Of a stretch of DNA of 64,000 nucleotides, positions 27,575 to 41,138 are shown in pieces (positions within the stretch are counted from its first letter, which is position 1; the number at the start of each line of letters is the position of its first letter). The stretch is taken from contig OX597819.1 in the NCBI GenBank assembly GCA_951406725.2, forward strand, positions 62,868,001-62,932,000, in the 5' to 3' direction. Under the pieces are notes generated by a model. It had not been told where the DNA came from, searched no databases, and saw only the letters and a program-made list of their open reading frames with translations. This DNA comes from Octopus vulgaris (Eukaryota). The position numbers were made by a program, and so were the translations under genes.

Positions 27575-28097
27575 CGTTTTTTAGGCGTAAGAATATTTTC
27601 TCTATGCGCCTGGTTTAATAAACAAAGACGTGAAAATAAGTCATAGTCAAGCGAGGCAACTCACATCAGGTCCTTTCTCGGACTGACAGACATCGATGTC
27701 TCCTCATTGTTCTGACTTATCAATGCCTCATACCGAGCAAGGCCTATTGCAAGCCATATAGTCGACTGTGACCGTGTACGTATGTGTGTTCGATTGTGTG
27801 TATATACCTCTCGACCTGTACCTAAATCATATTTCAATTTTTCCCATAGCAGAAATGTTGGGACATGCCACTATATGGTGTCGAAAGCACTTAGCATATA
27901 ATTACAGTCAGCCATATGGCCTGCAGCTAGCCTTGTTCGGTATACGAAATTTATAAGTCAAAAGAATGCCGAAACATCGATGTCTGCTGCTCTGAGAAAA
28001 GACTTGATGTGAGATGCCTCGCTTAATTGTGACCTGCTCCCAGGTGAATATTTTATACCAGGCGCACAGACCATATAAACTATTACGCTTAAAAACC
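27575..28097. mobile_element. Old fold-back/MITE-like element with ~200-bp diverged inverted arms
   Basis: e.g. aagcgaggcaactcacatcaggtcctttct versus agaaaagacttgatgtgagatgcctcgctt; tctatgcgcctggt versus accaggcgcacaga. Confidence 0.7.
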
Positions 28098-28468
28098 GGA
28101 CCCGACCCGTGAAGTAACGACACATGTACCCTGAGTATGTTATATACATAAGATAGCTTCTAATATATATTTGAATATATATATATATAAACATGCATAT
28201 ATATACACCCCCGGGAAGTGGTGGCGAACCCTGCTGTATTCCTTCACCACAACTTTCTCTCACTCTTTCTTTCTGTTTCTGTTGTACCTGTATTTCAAAG
28301 GGGCCAGCCTTGTCACACATTGTGTCACGCTGAAATTCCCCGCGAACTACGTTAATGGGACAGGTGTCTGTGGAGTGCTCAGTCACTTACACGGTAATTT
28401 CACGAGCAGGCTGTTCTGTTCATCGGATCAACTGGAACCCTCGTCTTTGAAACCAACGGAGTGCTACG

Positions 28469-28503
<35 letters not shown>

Positions 28504-28584
28504 CCATGATAAATCGTTTGTCACTACACACATTTTTCTCTCCCTTTTTCTCTCCTTGTTTCTCTCCTTGTTTTTTCTGTGTCC

Positions 28585-28620
28585 CTTTCTGTAGAAGAGC
28601 GTAGGCTCGAAACGCAAAAA
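28585..28620 (+). ncRNA. Degenerate minimal hammerhead-like motif in a probable Penelope pLTR remnant
   Basis: CUUU CUGUAGA A GAGC-GUAG-GCUC GAAAC GCA AAA; perfect stem II followed by GAAAC, core mutated; flanked by (TA)n. Confidence 0.35.
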
Positions 28621-29197
28621 AACTTTTTCAATTCCCGAGCGTTATACTAATAAATCTGTTTGTTTTGTACACCACCTGTCTTCGTCTTTTATTTCGTAAA
28701 CTCTCCCTATATATATTTATATAAAATTATATATATATATAAAATTATATAATTACGTATACATGAGTTAGAAGTTAGACAACCATCTAAGGGATAATAT
28801 CCAATATACTATTGATGTTATACAGATTTATATCGAAATGCTTACTGCTTCAAGGCTATAGTACAGTTGAATAATAGGTACAAGTGTAGGTAAACGAAAG
28901 TTTATCCAGAACGTATTAGAGAAGGAAGAAAATGGAGAAGATATTTAATAGACAAACATCAGCAAGATCTATTTATTAATTACAATCATAAACATAAATA
29001 AATATAACTTTATTCATACAGCATGCCAAAGTTGACACATCATACAAAACGTATACAAATATTGAAATCCAAGCTTCATCAGAGAGTCCATAATGGTGAG
29101 AATTAAAAAAATATAAAAACATAAAAGTAAAGTCCAAGATTATATCCAGAAGTTGTGAGATCACATCTTATTTCTATTTTATCTTCTGCATTTTCTT

Positions 29198-29244
<47 letters not shown>

Positions 29245-29989
29245 TACACACATATATATACATATACATGCATATATATTATATAAATATGTATACACAT
29301 ATACAGATGGGCGTGTAGGACCGAATTGTCAGAATCATTAGCTCAACGAATAGAAAGTCTCGCACTGTTAATTGTGACACGCGAAGAGAACTACACTTTT
29401 CATTATTTCAGTATCGATCAAAAATGTTCCAATCCATTCCAGTAAATTGTTGCTATGGTACGTAATTCGGATTTGATACCTTGTAATATTTGTTTTTCGG
29501 TATTTTGCACTCTATGATCAAATCCCACCGTGGCCCATTTGAATGATAAACTTCATTCGAAATCCCTTTTATCATCACCATCTGCTACCTTTACTTTATT
29601 TAAGTGATTGGATGTCCCGCTCTATGTCTACGATTTTAGCATAAATGATCTTTTCTTCACTGTTTCGGAATCTCTGTGTAGTATCATGAATACTAGTTTC
29701 TCTCCTGATTAAAATATAAAAAAAAAAATCAAAATTCGTTACTGATACTCTTTTCGTCTTCCCCTATCATACAACACTATGTCGGAAACACTGCGAGGTC
29801 GATCAGACACACAGAAATACCAAAATTCCCCTCAAATTATACTCTAAAATCTAAATATATTTCACTGTTGAGTATGGATTTCTTGGAATAAACCACCCGG
29901 ATGATCAAAGCTAGAACGGCCATGGTCGATTAGTTTTCGCTGATACTAACTTACAAATATAACTACATAATACACCTACTCTGCTCCAT

Positions 29990-30510
29990 GAAGTTCAATG
30001 GCTCAGAGGTTAGAGCGTCGGGTTCACGATAATGAGATTGCGAGTTCGATTCGCAGAACGGACTGAGTGTTGTGTTCTTGAGTATGACACTTTATTTCAC
30101 GTTGCTCCACATCACTCAGCTGTAGAAATGAGTTGTGACCTCGCTAGTGCCAAGCTGTATCAGCCTTTCCTTTGGATAATTTTGGTAGCGCGGAGAGGTG
30201 AGACTTGCATGAATGGGCGAATGCTGGTCTTCCATAAATAACCTTGGTCGGACTTGTGCCTCGGAGGGTAACTTACTTGGTGCAATACCATGGCCATTCA
30301 TGACCGAAGGCGGTCTTTACCGTTTTTACTATATACTTACTTGTGAAAGTGCATAGCCTAGTGTTGGCAGCGTTGCACTCACGATTGTAAGATCACTGTT
30401 TCGATTCACAGACTGGGCTATACTTTGTGCTCCTGAGCGAAACTCTTCATTTTGTGTTGCTCCAGTTCACACATGAATAAAATAATCCTTTCACGGAACG
30501 ACGTCCCATT
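29990..30510 (+). mobile_element. Two adjacent diverged tRNA-derived SINEs (third family)
   Basis: A-box-like tggctcagaggttagagc and B-box-like gagttcgattc; second head at ~30350 (tagcctagtgttgg...gtttcgattc). Confidence 0.6.
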
Positions 30511-30583
30511 TAGGGAAAATGTTTTTGATCTCACGCAAACCTCCGACTCGAGACAGTTCTTATATCTATTCAAGAAAAATAAC

Positions 30584-30932
30584 TGGTTCCGGGTTCATTC
30601 CCACTGCGTGATACCTTGGGCAAGTGTCTTCTACAATAGCCTCGGGCCGACCAAAGCCTTGCGAGTGGATTTGGTAGACAGAAACTGAAAGAAGCCCGTC
30701 GTATATATGTATATATATGTATGTGTGTGTATACGTTTGTGTGTCTATGTTTGTCCCCCCGACATCGCTTGAGAACCGATGGTCTCAAGCGATGTTCGGC
30801 AAAAGAGACCGATAGAATAAGTACTAGGATTCCAAAGAATAAGTCATGGGGTCGATTTGCTCGACTAAAGGCGGTGCTCCAGCATGGCCGCAGTCAAATG
30901 AGTGAAACAAGTAAAAGAGTAAAAGAGTAAGA
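30584..30932 (+). mobile_element. SINE family A (5'-truncated)
   Basis: Colinear with 49127-49520. Confidence 0.85.
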
Positions 30933-31571
30933 GAATGTGATTTCATAGTGTAAGCATGTGAAATTTAAAACTGAGAAGAGTTATCTTCCTTCAGTCCTAT
31001 TACAATGTTTCTATACTATAAACCTCAAGTAAAAATCGAACACTTTTCTTTCGTGGTTATTGTAGCTTTCGTTTTAGTCCAAACTCCACTGATTGTGCAA
31101 TCCTATAATCGTTATTCGAGTCTATAAAAGTTATTTGAGTGATTACCATCACGTTATTTTGTGTATCTAGTATTACAAGGTGTAGTGTTTCATTTCTCTT
31201 TCCTAGACTGGAGATTCTTATCTCAGGGAGTTTTATCTACAATATCTTACTGCTCGAGGGACTGCGTAGCTTCCTCTGTTGGTTCCTGGCATTTGCTGGT
31301 TTTTTTCTTTTTTATTAAATACGAAAATAACATAAAGAATACATAAATAAAAAAAAAAACAATATCTAAATGAATTATTTAATCTATAAAATTTCGAAAA
31401 ATTTCGAAAAATAAATCATAGAAACAATTAAAAAAAGAGAAAGAAAAATAAAGCGAATAAATACCTAAATTACATCTAAATTTTACTACATTTCTTGACA
31501 TCTGTAATTATTTGAATAGAAGCCAAAGTATTCTTCGTGTATATATATACATACATACATACATATATATG

Positions 31572-31747
<176 letters not shown>

Positions 31748-32871
31748 GTGTTTGTATGTGTGTGTGTGTGAGACTGTGTGCGTTTGACTTTCATAAAACT
31801 AATTTACATCAACAAGCTGCTATGACAGAGAATTGTAACGAATTTACCTTGTAATTTGGTACAGTCTGTGTTCGCAAAACAAAAGTCTTCATGCTTAGTC
31901 AATTTTTGATTGGTTGAAATTATGTGTATTTTTGTATGATTCTTCATAATTTAAAATTTTCCATTCCTTCCATTTACAAAACCAAACAATAATGTATCAA
32001 TTTTATAACATGTAGCTATACTGCATAGTTTAGTCTCAACGTGAATGGACCGTATTTCGCAGAAAAATAAATGCACACACACACACACACACGCACAGAC
32101 ACACAAGCAAGCAAATATATTCTTATATTAATGTGTGTGTATATATATATATATATGTGTGTGAGTGCGTTGTGTATTTATGTATGTGTTAGAGCTAATT
32201 CCATTTTCTTTTCTCTCAGCTTCTGATTTTTTTTTAATAAAGCGTCTAAACTTCCTCCTGAGAAAGTACTTAATGTCGAACCGTCAAACTTAGATAAGTT
32301 CATTTGGTTAAACTCTCCCTCAACAAACAGAGAAGCAACGATAATCACCGACATGTTCCTTATTTTTTTTTTGTCCTAAAACATTATACATAAAGTAAAC
32401 GTAAACGAAAAGCTCTTTCCTGAGTAATATATACTCATATGGACCGGTTTCCCGGTTTCCATGGTGTATATATTCTCCACCTGGTCCGTCGTAGGATTAA
32501 CTCACTTTTACCAGTTGAGTGGATTAGAGCAACGCTAAATGAACTCAATTCGACGCCCGGTCCACAAATCGAAACAGCAATCATACGATCATGAGTCCAT
32601 CATCCTTACCAGTAAGTTACGCACCCCCACAAAATATTATGTATATATATATATATATACATGTGCACACACATAGTAGAATAATAAAGAGAAGGTTCTT
32701 AGTATAGTATTATATATTTTTTTTGAAAGAATGATTTGAAATGGCGTTTTTTGAGAGGATATTTTTATTTTAATCTTAATAACAATGTCTACATGCATAC
32801 ACACACACACATACACACACACATATATATATATACATACATATACAAGTAAAAGACATATGAATATATAA

Positions 32872-32902
<31 letters not shown>

Positions 32903-32955
32903 GATACATATAGCTTTACAAATATATAATATATTTATATTTACAATATATATAT

Positions 32956-33029
<74 letters not shown>

Positions 33030-33092
33030 CGCGCATGTATATCGGTTCGATATCTATCTTACCTCACTACACTAAAACAGAATTTAGTGTCC

Positions 33093-33164
<72 letters not shown>

Positions 33165-33579
33165 ATATTTCCTTTTTGTTCGTCCCAGTTTGTGTTTTAT
33201 ACTTACATCTCGTGTCGACTAATACTTTACACTGTACATTCAGAGACAATTATTCTCTAATAGTATACAGCATATATACAGAGAGACCATCACAGCAAGC
33301 GTCTGCCTTTTACATATAATTTTAAGGTTACATATAATTTTCGAGACATTATGATGACCTGCGAGGTTATTCATTTATAAATATTGAAATTATCGGCTTG
33401 AGGTATAACAAAATTCACTATTCGCATTCACGTAGACATTAGACAAATCAGGAGCGATTTCCTGTGTATTCTTCGTGAATAAACGCCTCGTTTAGACAAA
33501 ATTAAAATGACATATATAAAACCTGTGTAACTCTATTTACGAAATATAATTGTCGTGAGTATATATTTCTTAATAGAGT

Positions 33580-34305
33580 AAAGGCGGCGAGTTGGATGAA
33601 TCGCGAACAAGCTGGGTAGAATGCTAACCCGCTTACCGTTTGTCTTTACATTCTGAGTCGAAACTGTGTCAAGGTTGTCTTTGCATTTCATCCTTTCGAT
33701 GAAATATCAGCTGAGCATTGTGGTCGATGTAGTAGACTAACACCCTCACTCGAAATTGCTGGTTTTATACCAAAATTTGAAATCAGTATTTCTTAGTAGA
33801 ATAAAGGCAGCAAGCTGGCAGAAACGTTAGCACGCCGGGCGAAATGCTTAGCGGTATTTCGTCTGCCGCTACGTTCTGAGTTCAAATTCCGCCAAGGTCG
33901 ACTTTGCCTTTCATCCTTTCGGGGTCGATAAATTAAGTACCAGTTACGCACTGGGGTCGATGTAATCGACTTAATACCTATGTCTGTCCTTGTTTGTCCC
34001 CTCTGTGTTTAGCCCCTTGTGGGTAATAAAGAAATAGGTATTTCGTCTGCCGCTACGTTCTGAGTTCAAATTCCGCCGAGGTCGACTTTGCTTTTCATCC
34101 TTTCTGGGTCGATTAAATAAGTACCAGTTATGCACTGGGGCCGATATAATCGACTTAATCCGTTTGTCTGTCCTTGTTTGTCCTATCTGTGTTTAGCCCC
34201 TTGTGGGTAGTAAAGAAATAGGTATTTCGTCTGTCTTTACATTCTGAGTTGAAATTGCCTCGAGGTCGACTTTGCCTTTAATCCTTTCGGGGTTGATGAA
34301 ATATG
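33580..34305 (+). mobile_element. Tandem cluster of SINE family B copies
   Basis: Repeated ggtatttcgtctgccgctacgttctgagttcaaattccgcc...agccccttgtgggt modules. Confidence 0.85.
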
Positions 34306-35378
34306 GACGAGGGTAAAGCGCGTGAACACCACCCATTTCTGGTGATTAAAAAAAAATATTTTCCAAAATGTTAATTTTAAACAATTTTTCGAATTCTTTT
34401 AAATCTACATATAATAACACAGAGATTACGAATCTGAGAATAATTTTTTTAAAATTTTAATTTCGTTAAAAGAAACACTGGATGTTTTTATTGTCATCTG
34501 TTACGTTTTAGTTCCGTTTTTTAAAAAAATTATTTATATATACATATAGCGACGTACGTAAAACTTTGCCCACCTTGTAAATAAGTATGTATCTAAATTT
34601 TGTGTGACATCTTTCTCCTCGTTTTAGTCCCCCTTATACTTTCTTCTTTCTTTCCTCCTTTCTTTTTCTCGCTCCCACTCTCTCTCACATTTCTTGGCAT
34701 TCTCTTTCTTTCACCTCTCTGCTTTCTTCTTTATCTCCCTTGTACCTTTCCCTCTGTCCCTTCCTTTCTCTCTCACTCTCTCTCTCTCTCTCTATTTCAT
34801 TCCCTAATTCTTCAATCCCTCTGCCCCCTACCTCTCTCTGTTCCTTCCACATGACCGGTGTTCGGTCAAGCATGATCTTACGTCCTCCGCCTGACCGCCG
34901 CCGGTACAACACCTTATTTTCCTGTCTCTTGACTTTCATCTATATTTGCGCCTCAAGGCTTCCTTCCACTCCACACGCCAGCTCAATTTAACTTGTCCTT
35001 ATTAGTCGAAAGACATTTGTTGTTATTCTCTTGTTGTTTGTATTTGTAATCGTGTAACATTTTCTCCGTTTTCTCGACTTTTGTCTGTGTTGTCGTAAAC
35101 ATTCGCTTGCTTTCTCCCAAATATTTCATGCTTTTAGCTTAGATTTTAGGGGCTAACCAATTTTGAACAGTCTCAAGTGTAACAGACCGGAACTGTAATG
35201 ATAAATGGAAGCTTAAGTGATAAATAGAGGGCTACGAATGATCCATCTTGGTTTTTCTTGCCTGTCTTTGTATCGTCTATCTGTCAGTATGTTTTGTTGT
35301 CATCTGTTACGTTTTTATTCCGGTTATATACACACACACACACACACACGCACACACGCACACACGCACACACACACA

Positions 35379-35461
<83 letters not shown>

Positions 35462-35723
35462 AATATACATATATAAATGTATATGAGGATATTATTATTT
35501 ATATTAGTATAAGTGGTTTAGCAAACGTAAAAAAGCCTGTAACGGTATAAAATATCAATTAATAATTAAGGATACTAGTAAGCAGTACCAGCATGCTGAC
35601 ATAGCAGTCAAACTGATCAAACCACAAGTTATCACTAAACACAATGGTGAAATCGAGCAAATGAATAAGATTCTAAGAATAACAATCTCAATAACGAAAA
35701 AAATCGGAAATTGGAAGCCAGAC

Positions 35724-35773
35724 ATACCTGAATCACCTGTGATTTCGAACTGTTAGTTCTCATCAGCGAGCAT
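35724..35773 (-). ncRNA. Type I hammerhead ribozyme motif, near intact
   Basis: Minus strand: AUGCUCG CUGAUGA GAACU-AAC-AGUUC GAAA UCAC-AG-GUGA UU CAGGUAU; canonical core, perfect stems II and III, stem I with one mismatch. Confidence 0.7.
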
Positions 35774-36709
35774 CACTGACACAGGATTATAGAGTTTATT
35801 TATCTCAATCAATGTGTATAATGATCATTTTTAATTTTCGCAGCAAATTTTAAAAACGTGATCGGAGTGCATAAGAATTATTTAAATATATAAAAAGATG
35901 TTATTATTTGTAATGATATCAGTGGTTTTGCATGCGTAAAACAACCTATAACGGTATAAAATTTATGCGTGCCTGTGTCGTAAGAAGAACCATCTGGTTC
36001 CTGCTCCAGTCTCACTGCGTGGCACCTTGAGCAAGTGTCTTCTACTATAACCTCGGGCCGACCAATCCTTGTGAGTGAATTTGGTGAACAAAAACTGAAA
36101 GACGCCCAGTGTATATATACATATCATAATAAAGGGTAAAATTAATTAATCAATTAATAATTGTATCGAGTAGTTCGGTATGATAAAAGAACCATTATCA
36201 CGTAAACTTATACAATATTACTGTCTGGGAGATTTTCTTATGATAGTGAAATAGTAGTTTTTAATTGCTATTTCTAATTTTCGGTATATGGTGAAACAAA
36301 TTTTTGCTGAACACAAACACACACACACACACACACACATACACACATATATATATATATATATGTATGCATATATTTATGTGAGTATGTCTTTCTGTGT
36401 GTTAGTCCCCCCCCACCATCACTTGATCATAAATATTGGTGCGTTTACCTCCTCGTAAATTAGCAGTTCGGCAAAAATGACCGATAGAATAAGTACTAGA
36501 CTTGCAAAGAATGACTCCTGGGGTCGGTCTCTTCGACTAAAAACCCATTTAAGGCAGTGCTCCAGTGTGGCCGCAGTCAAGTGACTGAAACAAGTAAAAG
36601 AGTATAATACACGCATACAAGCACATGTATTCATGTGTATAAACACATTAAAAACTATTTACACGAATACACACATGTATATATACATACATATTTATAT
36701 ATACATACA

Positions 36710-36745
<36 letters not shown>

Positions 36746-36746
36746 T

Positions 36747-36846
<100 letters not shown>

Positions 36847-36847
36847 G

Positions 36848-36880
<33 letters not shown>

Positions 36881-37484
36881 TGATATAGATATACATATAT
36901 AATATATATATACATGTGTAGTTTTATGTGTAGTTTTAGGAGTGGATACATCTGTGACTAAATATACATGAGGTACGAGTTTCTGTTTATGTCATTAAAC
37001 GGATATAATAAAATCAATCCAGAAACCGAGCAAACGGTGATAGTTCGTGACGGCCAACCAAGATCACAATGAATTTCCCAGTACACGAAAGTCATCTGCT
37101 GCGATTCGTGTAACTTGTTTTCGCCACGTTTTGTTTTCTGCCGTCTAAATATGAAGAATGTTATTCAGACGGCTGGCAAGACATGTGCCAGTACACACTT
37201 CATCCAACACGGCAAAGAACTTGGTTTGCCTTGAGCTTTCAGATAGGTATGTAAATTGCTACCATTGGTATTCAGTTTCGTTTAGTAACATCTGCTTATA
37301 CATCTGTTTATACATCTGTTTATACATCTGCAGGGAAAATTTCAAGATTTAAAAGCATCCGGTAGACAGAGCTGAAGTAAAGAGAGTATGTCACTGATAA
37401 AGTAACGAATGGTGACGAGAGGACTTTGACAGGCCTAACATTGAATTATTAAATAAACAATTAGTAGGCAATTATTCTTGTATT

Positions 37485-37826
37485 CTTTTATTTGTTTAAT
37501 TCATTTAACTGCGGCCTTGCTAGAGTACTGCCTTTAGTCGAACAAATCGAACCGAGGACTTATTCTTTGTAAACCTAATACTTATTCTGCCGAACCTCTA
37601 AGTTACTGGGACATAAATACACCAATATCGGTTGTCAAGTGATGGTGGGGGACAACAGACACACAAACATATTACATACACACACATTTTCCGTCTGCCA
37701 AATCCACTCACAAGGATTTGGTCGGCAAAAGGATATAGTAGAACACACTTGCACAAGGTTCCACGCAGTGGGAGTGAACCAGGAACCATGTGGTTGATAA
37801 GCAAGCTATTTACCACACAGCCACTC
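37485..37826 (-). mobile_element. SINE family A
   Basis: Reverse complement colinear with family A. Confidence 0.8.
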
Positions 37827-38822
37827 AAACGATTGATTAGTTAATTGTTTAAATAATTATCTAATTAACTAATAACAAAAGCAGTATCCATTATGCACTT
37901 ACTGGGGTCTCCAACAATATAGGAAAAGAAGGAATATTTTCAAACTAGAAATAAAGCGTGTGTGTTGTTAACATAACGACCTTCCCGAGATAAAAATCAA
38001 AAGTTATTCACAATACACCGAGAAACCCCAAACGGCTCAATCGTTTATATTCATCTCCAATGAATAGCGTTTACGAAAATGTTTGAGCCAAAATTATCTA
38101 AAAGTAAAACAATACACATTTCTACAACTTGTATTTTCTAAGCGATTCTTGTTAGCAACATTGAACATCGATAATGTTTTTTTTAAAACATTTATAATTT
38201 GTAGCCCTTAGCATATGTCTAAGTTATATCTAAATTTGCCGATGCAAATACCTGAAGTTTGCACGCAAATAGAAAAAAGAATATATATGAAGCCACATAC
38301 ATTGCAAGATAATATTGCCGCCATGTTGTCTTAGTTCGATTCACGGCTGTATAGGACTTAGTTCCTTTCGAATATCCTTTACTTGTTTTTCGGCTGAAGA
38401 AGGTTATGTTTCTATTTTTAATATGCATCTCGCTATAAAAAAAAACAAAAACGTGTACGTGTCCTGTGTAACGAATATACACATATGCTTATTTTTAAAT
38501 GTTTCCCTTCAAATTATTTTGATTTCAGTTGGACTACGTAATATCATATTAATTTATATTGCTCTTAGCTATTCTGATATTGAACTATCTGGTAGAATTC
38601 TGCGAATGAAAATACTCATTTTAAGAAAAAATTCTATTTTATATAGCCCGGAGCATAAGTTAAAACTAAATTTGTTGCACTTTTGCTACAGATTGTCAAT
38701 ACGCAAAAAGAAGAGATCTGAATTTACAAATATTTTTATTCCCACTTAATATATACAATCCTTTTCATAAATATAGCGCATGCACGCACACGCGTCCGCG
38801 CGAATATATATATATGTATATC

Positions 38823-38855
<33 letters not shown>

Positions 38856-38904
38856 ATATATTATATAGAGGGCATTATTACACATAAATGCCACACGCTA
38901 GGAG

Positions 38905-39004
<100 letters not shown>

Positions 39005-39126
39005 TCACAATCAAGGAACGGCCATAATAGGCCATTCACCCACTAGAAATAACAGCCAAAAGCTTTAACCGCAAAATAACATTAATACCGTAAACCAGGA
39101 GAAAATTGAAAAACTTTTACCCTGTA

Positions 39127-39233
39127 ATTTCTTAGACGATGCACCGTTTCATCTACCGTTTAATGGTAAACTAACCTGATTAAATTAAATCAAGCCAATC
39201 CACCATAGGCCCTTAGATTCATCAGTAAGAAAT
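39127..39233 (-). ncRNA. Type I hammerhead ribozyme, unit 1
   Basis: AUUUCUUA CUGAUGA AUCUA-[58 nt]-UAGAU GAAA CGG-UGCA-UCG UC^UAAGAAAU. Confidence 0.88.
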
Positions 39234-39619
39234 AGCCAAATCGGAACAGATATTTTTCACGAGGCATTCCTCTTGATGCCTCGGCAATATCTGACCTAAA
39301 ATTTTCAAATCGTCGCACTCGCGCCAAATTTATCGGCAGCAAATGAACCACCGATTCCGTTACGGAACTAACCAGAAAATTCATAATTAATCAATATAAG
39401 GTGGCAAAAAAAAAAAAAAAATTTTGTAGAATTCTTTTGCCACCAGCGGCCTAGTAGGAAAAAATTAAATAGTCATAAACCATTTTTACGTTCAACATCA
39501 CAATCAAGGAACGGCCATAATAGGCCATTCACCCACTAGAAATAACAGCCAAAAGCTTTAACCGCAAAATAACATTAATACCGTAAACCAGGAGAAAATT
39601 GAAAAACTTTTACCCTGTA

Positions 39620-39726
39620 ATTTCTTAGACGATGCACCGTTTCATCTACCGTTTAATGGTAAACTAACCTGATTAAATTAAATCAAGCCAATCCACCATA
39701 GGCCCTTAGATTCATCAGTAAGAAAT
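39620..39726 (-). ncRNA. Type I hammerhead ribozyme, unit 2
   Basis: Same sequence as unit 1. Confidence 0.88.
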
Positions 39727-40101
39727 AGCCAAATCGGAACAGATATTTTTCACGAGGCATTCCTCTTGATGCCTCGGCAATATCTGACCTAAAATTTTCA
39801 AATCGTCGCACTCGCGCCAAATTTATCGGCAGCAAATAAACCACCGATTCCGTTACGGAACTAACCAGAAAATTCATAATTAATCAATATAGGGTGGCAA
39901 AAATTTTGTAGAATTCTTTTGCCACCAGCGGCCTAGTAGGAAAAAATTAAATAGTCATAAACCATTTTTACGTTCAACATCACAATCAAGGAACGGCCAT
40001 AATAGGCCATTCACCCACTAGAAATAACAGCCAAAAGCTTTAACCGCAAAATAACATTAATACCGTAAACCAGGAGAAAATTGAAAAACTTTTACCCTGT
40101 A

Positions 40102-40208
40102 ATTTCTTAGACGATGCACCGTTTCATCTACCGTTTAATGGTAAACTAACCTGATTAAATTAAATCAAGCCAATCCACCATAGGCCCTTAGATTCATCAG
40201 TAAGAAAT
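40102..40208 (-). ncRNA. Type I hammerhead ribozyme, unit 3
   Basis: Same sequence as unit 1. Confidence 0.88.
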
Positions 40209-41031
40209 AGCCAAATCGGAACAGATATTTTTCACGAGGCATTCCTCTTGATGCCTCGGCAATATCTGACCTAAAATTTTCAAATCGTCGCACTCGCGCC
40301 AAATTTATCGGCAGCAAATGAACCACCGATTCCGTTACGGAACTAACCAGAAAATTCATAATTAATCAATATAGGGTGGCAAAAAAAAAAAAAATTTTGT
40401 AGAATTCTTTTGCCACCAGCGGCCTAGTAGGAAAAAATTAAATAGTCATAAACCATTTTTACGTTCAACATCACAATCAAGGAACGGCCATAATAGGCCA
40501 TTCACCCACTAGAAATAACAGCCAAAAGCTTTAACCGCAAAATAACATTAATACCGTAAACCAGGAGAAATTGGCTTGATTTAATTTAATCAGGTTAGTT
40601 TACCATTAAACGGTAGATGAAACGGTGCATCGTCTAAGAAATTACAGGGTAAAAGTTTTTCAATTTTCTCCTGGTTTACGGTATTAATGTTATTTTGCGG
40701 TTAAAGCTTTTGGCTGTTATTTCTAGTGGGTGAATGGCCTATTATGGCCGTTCCTTGATTGTGATGTTGAACGTAAAAATGGTTTATGACTATTTAATTT
40801 TTTCCTACTAGGCCGCTGGTGGCAAAAGAATTCTACAAATTTTTTTTTTTTTTTTTTTTGCCACCCTATATTGATTAATTATGAATTTTCTGGTTAGTTC
40901 CGTAACGGAATCGGTGGTTCATTTGCTGCCGATAAATTTGGCGCGAGTGCGACGATTTGAAAATTTTAGGTCAGATATTGCCGAGGCATCAAGAGGAATG
41001 CCTCGTGAAAAATATCTGTTCCGATTTGGCT

Positions 41032-41138
41032 ATTTCTTACTGATGAATCTAAGGGCCTATGGTGGATTGGCTTGATTTAATTTAATCAGGTTAGTTTACC
41101 ATTAAACGGTAGATGAAACGGTGCATCGTCTAAGAAAT
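41032..41138 (+). ncRNA. Type I hammerhead ribozyme, inverted unit; predicted cleavage after C41130 (GUC)
   Basis: Stem I 41032-41039/41131-41138 (8 bp); CUGAUGA 41040-41046; stem II 41047-41051/41110-41114; GAAA 41115-41118; stem III ACGG-UGCA-UCGU. Confidence 0.9.

Noticed and set aside
29065-29090. Minus-strand CUGAUGA; also an isolated GAAACAGCUGUA at ~20676-20687
   Set aside because: Only half of a hammerhead core is present in each case.
37169-37246. Possible 78-nt plus-strand exon (ttattcag...ag|gtatgt)
   Set aside because: Two frames are open, no recognisable domain, and no link to other exons; insufficient support.
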